Assembly: GCF_032062105.1 (NCBI RefSeq)
Contig: NW_026926947.1
Coordinates: forward strand, 62,001-126,000
Source of the DNA: Saccostrea cucullata
Taxonomy: Eukaryota
DNA length: 64,000 nt
Direction of reading: 5' to 3'
The position numbers and the translations under genes were made by a program. Shown piece by piece: positions 34,481 to 47,256 of the stretch. Positions within the stretch are counted from its first letter, which is position 1. Each line of letters begins with the position of its first letter. The notes under the pieces are model-generated. The model was not told the origin of the DNA and searched no databases. It was given only the letters and a program-made list of their open reading frames with translations.

Positions 34481-37400
34481 ATGGCAACAGCAGTTAATGA
34501 TGTCAAAGATTCCGACGAATTCAGAGGAAATGTTTCTTTGTGGAGTAATGATGGCGATGTTAAAGGTACCAAGAAGAGGTATTTTTTAAGACGTACATTT
34601 CTGTCTTAACGATTAAATATTTCAAATCAAACATATAAATCTGTGTGAATATCTAATAAAAAAAAACTTTTATTTCAGTGGGAAAGTTGGAAAAACAAAG
34701 GTAGGATTTTCATGTGTTTATTTCTATTTGAGAGTATTTGAATTGTTACATTGTACTTGTGTTGTCAGTCATGCAATGTTAAGAAGGACGACCCTCAATG
34801 TAGGTAGAAACAGAGTAAACTATATATAGGAATTTTCTCTCAATAAACTTAACTTTTTTCCAAACTAAAATCGTAGACGTATGAATGTTTTACCCTGGTC
34901 TTGCAAAATATATCCCTTTGTTTTAAAACCACACCCACATTTTAACTGATTCTTTTAGGGAGATCAAAAAGTAATGTGCACAATATGTTCAGAGATTGGA
35001 GATGAGGCAGAGGCAATTATGGTGTGCAAGGAACCCGATTGCAACGAAAAGTTATGCATTGCATGTACTAAAAGACATCAAAAGCAAAGGGCAACAAAAG
35101 GACATGACGTAATCAAGTTAGAAGATGACGTTTCTGATGACGTTAGCGTCCTCTGTGAGCTCTGCGAAGATGAAGGTGTTCCTGGTTTTGGATATTGTAC
35201 AGATTGCGATGACCCGGAAGTTCTTTGCAACAAATGCTGCAAGCGTCACACAGCATCCAGAAAATTCCAAAATCACAGAATATCACAAGATCTAAAACTT
35301 CTTATAAGGACGTAAGACTGATTTATTGAAACGTTTTAGAAATGCTATGATAATATGAAAGCATCAATAAGCATGATTAAAAGAAGTGTTTTTAAAAACC
35401 TGAAAAAAGTCATTTTGTCTTTGTAGGCGTAAACAAATTCTAACTCTTTCACCGCAAGCAGCTGTAAATAACACTTGTAATCCAGCGAGATCCCACGTAG
35501 GAAATGGCATCCAGGCTAGAGCAGCAGTGCCAGAAATTTCATCTGGCTTTCAATGTGAACCTTGTCAGTTTGAAAATATGACGGTTTCTGCAACTCAGTT
35601 TTGTCTTGATTGTGCAGAACCAGAGCCAATGTGTACACCTTGTGCGCAACAACACCTGAGACAAAAAATTGGTCGAGGTCATAAGCTGTCAAAAGGTATG
35701 CTACAATTTCGGACCCGACAAGGAGCGATGTCTTCAAGACAAGAAATTAGGTATGTTGTGATGAAACAAATAGCAAACTAACTTTACTATCCATATCATC
35801 GACAATATTATCAAAATTAAATTATTTTTTTTTATCTGAAAAGCGGAACTGTTTTATCCAAAAGACAAGCTGAAAAACAGGATGACGTAAGTTAATATCT
35901 ACATTATAAATTGCGTTAAAAAGGTTATATAAAATCGGTGATTTTGATGTACTGATTCTTAATTTCATTTGAAAGTTGAGAGTACGCAACTGTCTTATCT
36001 CTTGTGAATGTTAAACATCAAAATTTTAAGTTTCTTTCCCGTTTTATACCGGTAACACAATCACAAAATGTTTTTGTACATTTGTATACAAAACGCACAG
36101 AAACAACTTCACATACAGATGATCTAAAACCTTTACTAATAACAATAATGTCTTGTTTTTTCAAATATTTTTAAGATGCCTGGTAAACCAATGCCCGATG
36201 CTGTAAAATCAGATTCTGTCAAACTGCACTGGCGGAGATGCGATGGAGTGGACAGCTATCAAATACGATATAAAAGTAAATCTGGAAAGGAAAACTGGAA
36301 AATAATCCAAACTGACGATAATAAAAATGAAATTACCCTAGAAGGTCTAATGGCTGATACAACATACATTTTCCAAGTCCGAGGAGTGAAAGGGGACATT
36401 GAAGGTTCATACAGCCAGGCTAATGACGAAATAAGAACACAGGCATCTCTAGCCTCTTATTTTCTGTCTTACTCAGTTCAGCTTAGCAAAGGGAATCCTT
36501 CCAAGTTTGAACTGCCATTTACTGAAAATTCTAGAGCAAGAAATCAGCACTACAAGATACGTCAAATATGCTTAGGTACTAGTAAACCACAAAATATTTT
36601 TTGTCTCAATAATTCTCGAATTTAATTTTTATAAATTTGCGTGTCATTAGAGAGTGTTAAACTTTCTTAAATATTTTTAATGAAGGTGACATGACAAACA
36701 GAGGAAATCGTGAAGTTGAGAAAACCATTATGTTAGTAGGATCCACTGGGTCAGGCAAGAGCACACTGGTGGATGGAATCGTTAACTATGTGATGGGTGT
36801 GAGCTTCGAAGATCCTTTCCGATTTACTCTTGTGAAACTAGAGGACGAAGAGCGACGCAAAACCGGAAATCAAGTAATTTTTTTTTATATTTAACAAAAA
36901 TATTAGGCTATATGATCAAAGTCCATTCAAGTTATATTTGCCACTAAAGATTAAAGATAAACTTTAATTTCTATTCAAAACCACTCTAATTTTATAGGCA
37001 GTTTCTCAGACAGAATGGATAACTGTTTATAAAATCTTTCCTCAAAGAGGAGGAAGACTGGACTATACCCTCAATATCATAGATACCCCTGGCTTTGGAG
37101 ACACTAGGGGACCAGAGAGAGACAACGCCATTGTTGACCAAGTCCGATATCTTTTCTCTGCAAAGGGAGAAGAAGGGGTCCTTTTCCTGGATTCTGTTTG
37201 TTTCATTGTGAAGGCACCCGATGCTCGCCTTACTCCTGTTCAGAAATACATATTCCATGCAATCATGTCCCTATTTGGAAAAGACATAGAATCAAACATT
37301 TGTACGTTGATAACTTTTGCTGATGGAGCAGACCCGCCTGTTTTGGCTTGTCTTAAAGAAGCCAATCTTCCTTTTGGAAATACATTTCAATTCAACAATT

Positions 37401-38410
37401 CAGCACTGTTTGCCCCAAACAAAAATCTTCAAAGCAGCTCTTTGTCCCCGTTTTTCTGGGAAATGGGCTGCAAAAGCTTCGAAGCTTTTTTCAGACATAT
37501 GAGGAGATTCGAGACAAGAAGCTTGTCACAGACACAAGATGTCTTGCATGAAAGAGAACAGTTGAAAACAATCATTTGCAGCATCAGACCCCAGATAACA
37601 GCAGGCTTATCAAAATTAAGCGAGTTAAGGGAACAGCTGGATCTATTCAACCGGCACAAAAATGATATTGAAAGCAATAAAGATTTTACCTATGAAGTGG
37701 AGGAGACTAGACAGATCCAGAAAGATTTGCCTAGAGGTCAGGCTGTTACCAACTGCCTACAGTGTAACGTGACCTGTCATGAAGACTGTCATATTAGAGA
37801 TGATGACCAGAAGAGGAAATGTTCTTCAATGACGGATGGCTATTGCAGAGTCTGCTTTGATCATTGCTACTGGGATCAACACAAAAACACCCCATACATA
37901 TTTTCATACGTAACCGAAACGGTTACTAAAACCTACCAAGAAATGAAAGATCGGTACGAGAAAGCAATCGGTGAAAAGCTAACGCATGAGAAGTATATAA
38001 AAGAATTGACGATGGACGTTGACGAGCTAATGGACAACATCATGGATATGATGAATGAGATGAATCGCTGTAAGACCAGACTGAGAGAGATCGCATTAAG
38101 GCCGGAGGCGCTTACTACAGTTGAGCACATAGATCTGATGATCCAAGCAGAAGAGTCGGAGAGACAGCCAGGGTATACAAAGAGGATCAATATGCTCCAA
38201 GAAATGAAGAGGATGGCATTGGTTGATAAGGATTTTCACGATTTGGATCAACATTTTCGCAGCACTCGTAGTGACATCACTAGTGCAGTTGGTAAAGAGT
38301 TTCGAGGAAGACGTAAAATCAAGACGCGTCGTCAGGTGAAGGGAAGAAATGAAGGCGTTGTAGCTCGAGGAATTAATATGGTGAAAAAGTGGTTTGGAGA
38401 AGTAGCCTGA
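34481..38410 (+). CDS. Tandem B-box zinc finger (x3) - fibronectin type III - septin/AIG1-like P-loop GTPase - coiled-coil protein, 946 aa
   Basis: join(34481-34578,34679-34700,34959-35311,35427-35750,35844-35886,36176-36575,36686-36873,36998-38410); all introns GT-AG and phase-consistent, 2841 nt. B-boxes Cx2C..Cx2-4C..Cx2C..H..H. FN3 PGKP..VKLHW..YQIRY..LEGL..T.YIFQVRG. G1 GSTGSGKS, G2 SQT, G3 DTPG, G4-like TFAD. Confidence 0.9.
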
Positions 38411-38799
38411 AGGTATCAGCCAATGCTGCTTACATCAATATAATCTGCATTTTATTCAATATACATGTATTATACTTTAGTTGCATATTATAAGAATTGC
38501 TATTAAATTTGTTGTGGTGTTATTTACATTAAAAAGTGAAGCGAAGTGATTCTCGTTGCAATGAAAATAATAAAGGTTCTAAAAGTATTGCTTTTAGACA
38601 CCCGAATTTTGTAATGGGAGGAAAGAGTTCTATAATGTTTCCTCTTTCACCATGATTATTGTCAAACTATTTTCATTTGTAAAGCAACACTCAAAAGGCT
38701 GGTTCATTCGGCGAACAAAAAAAAAAAACAAGGAAGTTTAGATGAAAAAAAAAGAAAACCAGAAGTTAAGCCGCAAGAGCTCTGGAACCTGCAATGTAT

Positions 38800-39153
38800 T
38801 GTAATGGTTTAGGCCGTGGACATCGGCCTGGATAGCTCAGTTAGTAGAAAACCTGACAGGAGATGCAGGGATCCCGGGTTCGATTCCCGGTCCAGCCATA
38901 CATTTTCATCTTTCCTGTAACAGATTTGGTGCCGTTGACCACCCCTGGAATTGCAGGTGAAAGTCCTGCCAGGGGCTAACAAGAACTTGGGTTATGTCTC
39001 CGAGGGCGGAGACCATTAAGGAGGGAGGAATGTAATGGTTTGGGCCGTGGATATCGACCTGGATAGCTCAGTTAAAAGAGCACCTGACTGGAGGTGCAGG
39101 GGTCCCGGGTTCGATTCCCGGTCCAGCCATACATTTTCTCCTTTCCTGTTACA
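38800..39153 (+). mobile_element. TRIM (miniature non-autonomous LTR retrotransposon) with tRNA-like sequence inside each LTR (Helenus-like)
   Basis: 123-bp LTRs TGTAA..T(T/A)ACA at 38800-38922 and 39031-39153; TSD GTAT; PBS TGGTGCCGT(T)GAC (38927, tRNA-His-like); PPT AAGGAGGGAGGAA (39018-39030). Each LTR has A box TAGCTCAGTT, B box GGTTCGATTCC and a T-arm. Confidence 0.92.
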
Positions 39154-39421
39154 GTATAATCTTCGAACCGTATATTAATATTTACATTTGCTGATGTCTT
39201 TCCTTATATAACAATGCTAATAAAATTGAAATTCAATTTTTAATGACATGCAGTTGGTCACATAATCAGACTTTCTTTAATATGAAAAACAAACTGCAGG
39301 AGCCATTTGGAAAGTTCCGATTGTGATGTCACATGACGTCGTAGATACGTTATGTTGCATTTCCAAAATAAAGTCTAACTAATGTTTCTTTGTCATACGA
39401 CTAAAACGTCAAATATGAATA

Positions 39422-39592
39422 TAAGAAATAAAATATCATTTTTAGAGTTTCATTGGGTACATGTATGAAATAAAGTCGGTATGTAATTAAATCTACTATA
39501 ACTCCCTTAATTCGGGCGTTATAGAATTTGATCACGTGACCGACTTCATGTCATACCCCAATGAAACTCTTAGAATAGTATTTTATTTCGTA
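39422..39592. mobile_element. Palindromic MITE-like element
   Basis: TAAGAAATAAAATA..TAGAGTTTCATTGGG / CCCAATGAAACTCT..TATTTTATTTCGTA. Confidence 0.7.
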
Positions 39593-39881
39593 AATAAATG
39601 GCCATATTAGTGAATAATTTAATTTTGTTTTTATTCTAGCCTCTCGTTGGTTAATATCCAAAAGGAACGCAAATTATTTCTGTATAACTATAAACTGGTT
39701 TGGTATGGGAACACGCTCCATTGACAACCGGATGAATCATCTTTACGCAATTCTCGCATTTCTTTCATTTCAAGTCCTCGGAATTCATGGAAAATTCTGT
39801 ACTATGGTTGTGTTATTGAACGGCAAATTTGAACTTATAAAGAGAAAAGCAATTTTACATCAATTGTTTTAAAATTAAATT

Positions 39882-40064
39882 ATACGGAATGACTCTAATT
39901 CTTGGCCAAATTATTCGGTTATAACCTGGTTTAGGTCAGTTTACGCTTTTTCACACTTGGTGCATCAAGTATTTATGAACCTTTAACCGGGGATTATATA
40001 GCAAAAACTGACCCAAACCAGGTTATACTCGAATAATTTTGCCAAGAATTAGAATCATACGTTA
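39882..40064. mobile_element. Palindromic MITE-like element
   Basis: TCTAATTCTTGGC.AAATTATTCG..TATAACCTGGTTT.GGTCAGTTT mirrored by AAACTGACC.AAACCAGGTTATA..CGAATAATTT.GCCAAGAATTAGA. Confidence 0.7.
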
Positions 40065-40249
40065 ATTATTTGCCTAGGTGTCTGATGAAAATAACTATGT
40101 AAGGTTTGGCATTGGTAAGATTGGTTTAGCAACTTGAAAATTTAAAAGGTCAGGAGAATTCAGATTAGTTACAAACTTCCATTATCAGATAACTGTTTTA
40201 CCCGTAGCGAATTACTTACTGTAAAATTTTAAGAGAAGATTGAGAAACG

Positions 40250-41240
40250 TTAAGAAAACGAAAGGTGAACAATCGTAAAGAAAATAACAAACAAAACCGG
40301 GCATAAAACATGGACCCCCAGAAATTACAAATGGTGAAATTAAATGCTTGGGAGTGAACGTCCCCTGTAAACTGGACACACCGGCCGTTAGCCGTATTTA
40401 TTTGTCGGGTAGACGGAGAATTAATCCGTAGGTAAATTTGGTATAAAAACAAAGGCCTAAGAACTGACATGAAACAAGTCAGCAAAATATGACCCAATGA
40501 TGGGTTATGTATGATAACAAGGTCATTATAACGACCATAGTAATTACGATATATCGACTATAAACGCGGTTGATAAAATCCCCGTAGCATCAACTTACTA
40601 GTATCTGCCAGTAGCGTGTCTTGGTTTAAAAATAGATCATACACGGGGCATGCTCTTTGGTTGGGAAAAAAGTTGAAAGTTGTTAATACCTTATCCCGGT
40701 CACAATGGGATATTAATATATAGAAAAAATGACGACAGACTAAAACAAAGCTAAACTCATCTCGATTGCCATACAATACATTAGAGGTCTACGTTGTTAG
40801 CTGGCCCTTATAATCTTTAGTCAGTAAAACATCCGAACGTGACAGAATATGCAAATATTTTTTACGTTCACTGGGATACTGTCAAATGCATAACTAAAAG
40901 CAGTTGATAAACAGAAGTGATGATACGAGAATGACGTCAGGATAGACGGATATGACAAAACCTAGACCTTCTTTAGAAAGTGCGGATATTTAAAAGAAAT
41001 TGAAAACAGTATTATTGGTTTATTATAGAAGGGATTGCTTTATACGTCCTCTGTTCCTCTTAAATGACCTATTGCATGTTTTGTAATGCAATGCATATAA
41101 TTGATCTCGCCCTGTAAAAAAGCTCTTTCAAATAGGATCCTGTAAAGCCGTTCAATTCATTATTTGCAGTTTTGTAAAGCTCAAACTCTTTTATAACAGA
41201 TCGATAAACTTATGAATAAATGGGTTTGCAAAGAACTGTT
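40250..41240 (-). mobile_element. Highly degenerate Penelope-like retroelement fragment
   Basis: Shares the terminal motif (ACGG.CGGTGT..ACAGGGGA..TCACTCC) with the 44.5 and 51.2 kb fragments; remnants of RT-like coding (LYGNRDEFSF, KLMLRGFYQPRL). Confidence 0.55.
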
Positions 41241-41948
41241 GCAGTATATCCTTATTACATAACTTCATGTCGGTAACTAATACAAATATAAACGTGGTTT
41301 GAACCTAACGTAGATATTAAATCTACTTTTTTTCATTTATTTGATGATCATCATCTGACTCCCCCCCCCTTTTTTTTTACTTTCGTTTGTCTTATGACGT
41401 GTATTCTATTCACACCTGTTTGTTGTTGTGTTGGCAGCAGTTTGTTGGGATAAAATGTGTTTACACTCAAAGAAATAAGATTTTCGAAAATTCTTGGGGT
41501 TCCAGTTTTCAACTAATACAAACAATCATCATTGTTCAACTTCTCTAAATTCGTAAACATGTAAGTATATACATGTAGTTATTATCTATTTACATTTCTA
41601 ATAATTTTCCCTCTTTGATTCTTTACAAATTCAAAAACATCTAATTTTCGCATGAAATTCCGAAACTGAGCATGAATATCTACAGACTTACGTCATAATA
41701 ATGTACTTGACGTCAAAATGTAGTGCCAATGTGTAGGAACTCGTAAGAAAATTAATGTAAACGTAAGAAAGGAATTCTAAAGCATCTTAAAACCGCCATC
41801 ATCAACAATTATATCAAGCCATCGTCTACATGCTTGCACGCTCGTGTTAACTTGATTTTGAATCTGTTACTTTCTATTGTGTGATATCCTTTACATTTTA
41901 TAACTCAAGTATTCTATATCTCACCTGCATATCAAACTCATTAATAGT

Positions 41949-42579
41949 TATGGCACGCCAAATTCACAAAAATGAGATAAACATAGTTTCACAGTCGATA
42001 AACTAGGTTTATTTTGTAAACTATACTTTACGGACTGTAAACTATAGTTAACAATGTTAATCTATATTTTACATCCGTAAACCATAGTTAACGCGATAAT
42101 CTATGTTTCACAACCGTAAACTATACTTAACACTGAAAACAATCATTTGCGATTGCAAAACATAGATTATCTGATAAATACAGTTTCACGATTTGTAAAC
42201 TATAGTTTACAAACCATTAACTGTAGTTAACGATCTGATAAATATAGTTTCACGATTTGTGAAACTATGATTAACAACTCTTAACTAAAGTTTACGATTG
42301 TAAACTATAGTATACAAACGTGAATCTATGTTTATCAACAAAATCTATTGTTAACGCTTATTACAGACAGATAAACTTAGATTACCATTCGTAAACTATA
42401 GTTAACAACCGTTAAATATAGTTTTACAGATGAAAACTATACTTAACGAATCGTTAACTATACTTAACGAATCATTAACTATAGTTTACGGTTTGTAAAC
42501 TATAGTTTACAGTCGATAAACCTAGTTTTTCGACTGTGAAACTAGGTTTATCTCATTTTTGTGAATTTGGCGTACCATA
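41949..42579. mobile_element. MITE with TATGG..CCATA TIRs and an internal ~22-bp minisatellite
   Basis: ~65-bp TIR TATGGCACGCCAAATTCACAAAAATGAGATAAAC.TAGTTTCACAGTCGA; interior of TAAACTATAGTTTAC palindromic units. Confidence 0.8.
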
Positions 42580-42738
42580 ATAATGGTTGTTGTGTACACA
42601 ATTTTCAAAATTATGAAAATATGATTATTTTATAAATCAAGTAATAAATATGTCTTTCGTTACTCAAGAAATGAATTTAATTTTGAAAATTCACGAGGTT
42701 TATGAAATATGACGCTTCACGCTAACACGCTTCATTAA

Positions 42739-43685
42739 GGTAGGACAAAACACCCGTGGATTCTATTTTAACCCATTTCTTTAAAAGTACTGGAGAAAAG
42801 AAGAATAATATTACTATAGTGACAACAATGAACGATCCCTGTAAGAAAAATAATAAGTTTTGGCATGTTTGCATCATATTTTGTGAAAAAATCAGAGTAT
42901 CCTATATATTGGTCACCTGGGGGCTTACATTTTGGAGTGTTTTTATGCTAAGTGTAATAAACAAGCATGTGACAGTCTGTTATAAAATGCAGTGTAACTT
43001 TTGTTTCATACATAGTAGAGGAATGATATTTAGAAACATATATAAGGAGTCTCCATTCGCTATGTACTACTAAGGTCAAGGTCATATCAAGAGGTCAAAG
43101 GTCAAATATTGTGACGTCATCTACTGAATCTTTTAGTTTTTTTGCCATTGAAATTTTTTTGATCGCAAAAATATCTGATACCACCGGTTCATTTCTCTTT
43201 ATTTGTACACATTTTATTCTAGGACTCATTTGAATCATTCTGTTGATTTTTTTTTAAAAATGGAATCATATATTTTCTCTTAAAAAAACTTAAACTGTCG
43301 GATATTTACATGTGAATTTTCAATTCCGACACTACGTATGTTCTATTTTTACTTTACATTTTACTCAAATTTTCAAGTATCAAGTTGACATACTAAGTTA
43401 ACGTAAAGCAACAAAAAGGATATCTTTATGAAAAGTATTCCAAAAATTTGCAGTAGATCAATTGATAATTCTAAAATAAAGCTCATTCTCAAGTCTAATG
43501 TCTGATTTCACAATCTTCTTACCTGGATCTGATAGGCCATATTTCAAACTATGTAGGCAAAAAAAGTGCGGGTGAATTTCTTTCATATCATTTATAAAGA
43601 GAGATTTTGTATCCTAGAACAAAATATCAAAATTTCAGGAAAAATGAATTTGAGGAAAAATTTGCCTTATCTATTATGTCCTACC
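42739..43685. mobile_element. Non-autonomous DNA transposon with TTAA TSD (Kolobok-like)
   Basis: TTAA|GGTAGGACA ... TGTCCTACC|TTAA. Confidence 0.7.
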
Positions 43686-44127
43686 TTAAATGTTCTAAAA
43701 TAAATTTCTTAAGTAATTGAATAAAGAAAGATCTATTAATTATTTTTTTTAAAATAAAAAGATATTATTTATATATGTCCCATTTAAAAACTTTCGTGGT
43801 AATTAAACCTGTTCTAGAACATAGATGAGAACAAGTCATTATCTCTGGATTTTTTTCTATTTATTGACATTTGCCATACAAAGAAGAACGTCTGAAAAGT
43901 TTTGCACTTCATTGTACAAGATGAATAATTTAGATTGCATATTTTATATGTACATGTATTTCGGGTAACACTGATACTTTAAGAAAGGTTTACAAACCAT
44001 AGAAAACGACTTTTTGAATTATATATATTTTATTTATTTATTTATTTATTTTTTGTTTTTGTTTTTGGAACAATGATACTTAGACCAGTAATTTTCCCCC
44101 CAAAATCATGTATTTTTTTCAGCAGTT

Positions 44128-47100
44128 ATGGATAAAGGAGCCAGTGGCGTAAAGGATTCAGACGAGCACTTGAGCTTTTCCAATCTCTCGCTAGATGAAG
44201 TATGTGCATTTTTTAAAAAAAAATCAAGATCATATAATTTGTTCAGTTAGGATCTTTTAAAAAGCAATGTTTATAAAAGTTTTTGATCTGAATGCATTTT
44301 AAAAAATCATGTGAGCCCATCTTTATATTTGTTAATGGATTGCGATTGTAAGTAATAACTAAGTTCATTTTATGCATTAATTGCCCTGTCATACCCAAAT
44401 CAATGAAACATAAGAGTTAAGGTTAGGGTTAGATAACGAACAGTATTCAAGATCAAAAGTCCATAAAATAATACAAAATAAGAGCACAGCAAACATTAAA
44501 AACATCAGAGGTAGGATCAGGTGCCATGACATCCCCTGCCGACCTGTCACACACGCCATGTGCCACAGCAAGTGTTTTCTTCTTTACACGCACAAGATTT
44601 TGTACCAGTTCTTTGTTATATGAATACAAAAATAAGTCTGCTAATAACGGGGCGAAATTGGTACCCACGGAAATTCCAATAGATTGTTGGAAGGCCTGGT
44701 CTCCGAACACAACATAGATATTGTCAATCAGAAATTCAAGCATTTTTATAAGTCGACCTTAGAGTATACAATCAGAATGTTTTTAACAAAAAACAAATTA
44801 CATCTTTACTTACCTCTTAATTTTAATTTCAAACATGTATATAGAATAGAGACTAATTTAAATGTTTTTATTTCCTTTAACAAAGTTTCCTTTGAGAGTC
44901 CAGTATTCGAAAACCGGCAATGTGAAAATGCAATGTTCTTACATTTTGCCCCAAAAAAAAAAATTGATTTGAGAGCCTTCAGAAAAGACTAGCCATTTAA
45001 GAGCTCACCAATGATTCAAATAAACATGTTTTATTATTTTCAGAAATGAGTTCTATTATTATTTACCTTCGAATTTAGGAGGTTGATAAGAGGTTGAGCT
45101 ACATACAAAATACTGAAAAATAGCTTTTAAAAAAATTATTGCACAATTCCTGACGTCATAAATGCATTGGCTATAGGGAAATTTTCCTCATTTGTAATTT
45201 TAAGGGAGCCGACAGGGATTTTATTAAGTGTAAACTACAATAGAGAAACTCTTTATCATTATACCATATATATTTATATAGACTTTCGTGTACATGCCAA
45301 GTTTTCGGAAAATGTACCGTCCTGGTATTTTAAATGCCCGTTACAAAATACAGGTATATTTACTATAGAATTACAGTTGTACACTGTTTATAGGAAAGCG
45401 CATATTTTCGCACTTTATAGCAAATTATACAAAAACTATTATTATACTTCTGTTAAAATGTTTCCTATATAAAGTTCAGAAGGTAAAAATAGCTATCTTT
45501 TATAGTTCACGCATAGCAAAGCTATACCCCGGGGTATAGTTTTTGCTATCCACCCTCGGAAAATTTTCATGCAATTTTTGCCTCCAATTTTGATTTCCAA
45601 CGATAGATCTATCTACTGATGATGTCATAATGACTTCAGTAGCATTGTGACGTCATCAGGATTTCAGATTATTCTTGCAGTATTATCTTACTGCAAAAAA
45701 ATTCAAACCTCAGAAATTATATTATACATCAGTACAATAAAACGCTCATCCACTGTTTGTGAGTGGGATAACTCTTTTATCAAACCTTTGACAGAAACTA
45801 TTCCCCTCGGGCAAGCCCTCGGGGAATAGTTCTCTGTCGCGGGTTTGATAAAAGAGCTATCCCACTCACACCCAGTGGATAAATGTATACTATTGACTTT
45901 ATGCTTAAATTATGATAACTGATGCGTAATACTATATTGTACGATGTTAATCTACCTATCAGTTGAAAAAACGTTTTAAAAATCAGTTATATATATTGGT
46001 AATTAATTTTTTGAAACTGTTCTTTCTTTCTTAATTAAACGAACAATGCTTCAAAAAAATAAATATGCTTCATTTTACTATGATGCGAAATATTGCGCAA
46101 TGGAAACCCCAGTAGGACTACTTAAAATAGATTTCCAGTCACTAAGCCTTCGGAATCAAGTGATAATTGAGGCATTGTCAATTAAGATATTAACAGGAGC
46201 AAAAAAGCTCAAAGAGAACCCTGTATCTTCATACGTGTATTTATGTTACAATGATCAAAACTAATTGATGTTTTAATTCTACTTTCCTTTACTCCAAATA
46301 GAGAAGACAAGATGCTTTGTGCACAATATGTTTCGAAGTGGGGGAAAATGAAAAGGCTGTTATGGTTTGCAAAGAACCCAACTGCGGAGAAAAATTATGT
46401 GAAGGGTGCAGTAAAAGACATCAGAAACAAAAAGTCACAAAGGATCATAGCATCATTAAACTTGTGGAAGATGTGTCGGTTGATGAAGTTTTCTTCTGCG
46501 AGCTTTGCACAGATGAAGCCATCCCTGGCTTTGGATACTGCATTGAATGTATAGATCCAGAAATACTTTGTTATAAATGTTGCAAACGACATACTGAATC
46601 TAGGAGATTTCATTACCACCATATATCCCAGGACCCCCAATTGCTACAAAAGATGTAAGATAACATTACAGCTAAACATGAATAAAAAAAAAAGCTATTT
46701 TTCTCTTAAGGGCAATCAGGTGTAATAAATGCAAGTGGTATACCAATCACTATAACGGAGAGGTGCTTGGCGTTTGCCTACTTGCCTGTTTAACCAGTTG
46801 TGTTCAGCTTCATTAATTGCAAATTAAATTTATTAAATAAATAAATGGTTTTATATTTTAGACACAAATAAATAAGCTAGGAACACTAATACGATAACAG
46901 ATAATGCCATTAATTTTTACTTTGTTAATCTTTAAAGGCGTTTAGACGAGTGCTTCAAAACTGAAAAAGATTTAATGGAAAATCTACAATTGAAGTCTTG
47001 CAAGGAAAATGTTACCCAAGAGAAGATTGACATAGCATCTGATCAACCCTGTGAACCTTGCCAGTTTGAAGGTACACACGTGCCCGCTACTCAGTTTTGT

Positions 47101-47256
47101 CTTGATTGTCAAGATCCAGAGCCATTTTGTTATCCGTGTGGACAACAACATGTACGACAAAAGGCTGGAAGAGGTCATAGACTGTCACAGAGCATGCAAT
47201 TTTTTAAGTCGAAGCAAGAAGCAATGCCGGCCACACTTAATCAAACGCATGATTAA
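44128..47256 (+). CDS. Paralogue 2, 5' half: 3x B-box protein, 247 aa if translated to TAA 47256
   Basis: join(44128-44199,46302-46654,46938-47256). Exon 1 MDKGASGVKDSDE matches MATAVNDVKDSDE of copy 1. The 353-nt exon has the same size and phase as copy 1 exon 3 (70/113 aa identical by manual count). Confidence 0.7.
44400..44790 (-). mobile_element. Penelope-like retroelement RT fragment, internally deleted
   Basis: MLEFLIDNIYVVFGDQAFQQSIGISVGTNFAPLLADLFLYSY, a typical PLE RT motif, joined directly to the terminal motif. Confidence 0.75.
45748..45880. mobile_element. Palindromic MITE-like element
   Basis: ATCCACTG..TGTGAGTGGGATA.CTCTTTTATCAAACC / GGTTTGATAAAAGAG.TATCCCACTCACA..CAGTGGAT. 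Confidence 0.75.

Noticed and set aside
38825-39129. Two genuine tRNA genes
   Set aside because: Anticodon arms are irregular and differ between copies, the acceptor stem is mismatched, and both sit inside LTRs with PBS, PPT and TSD.
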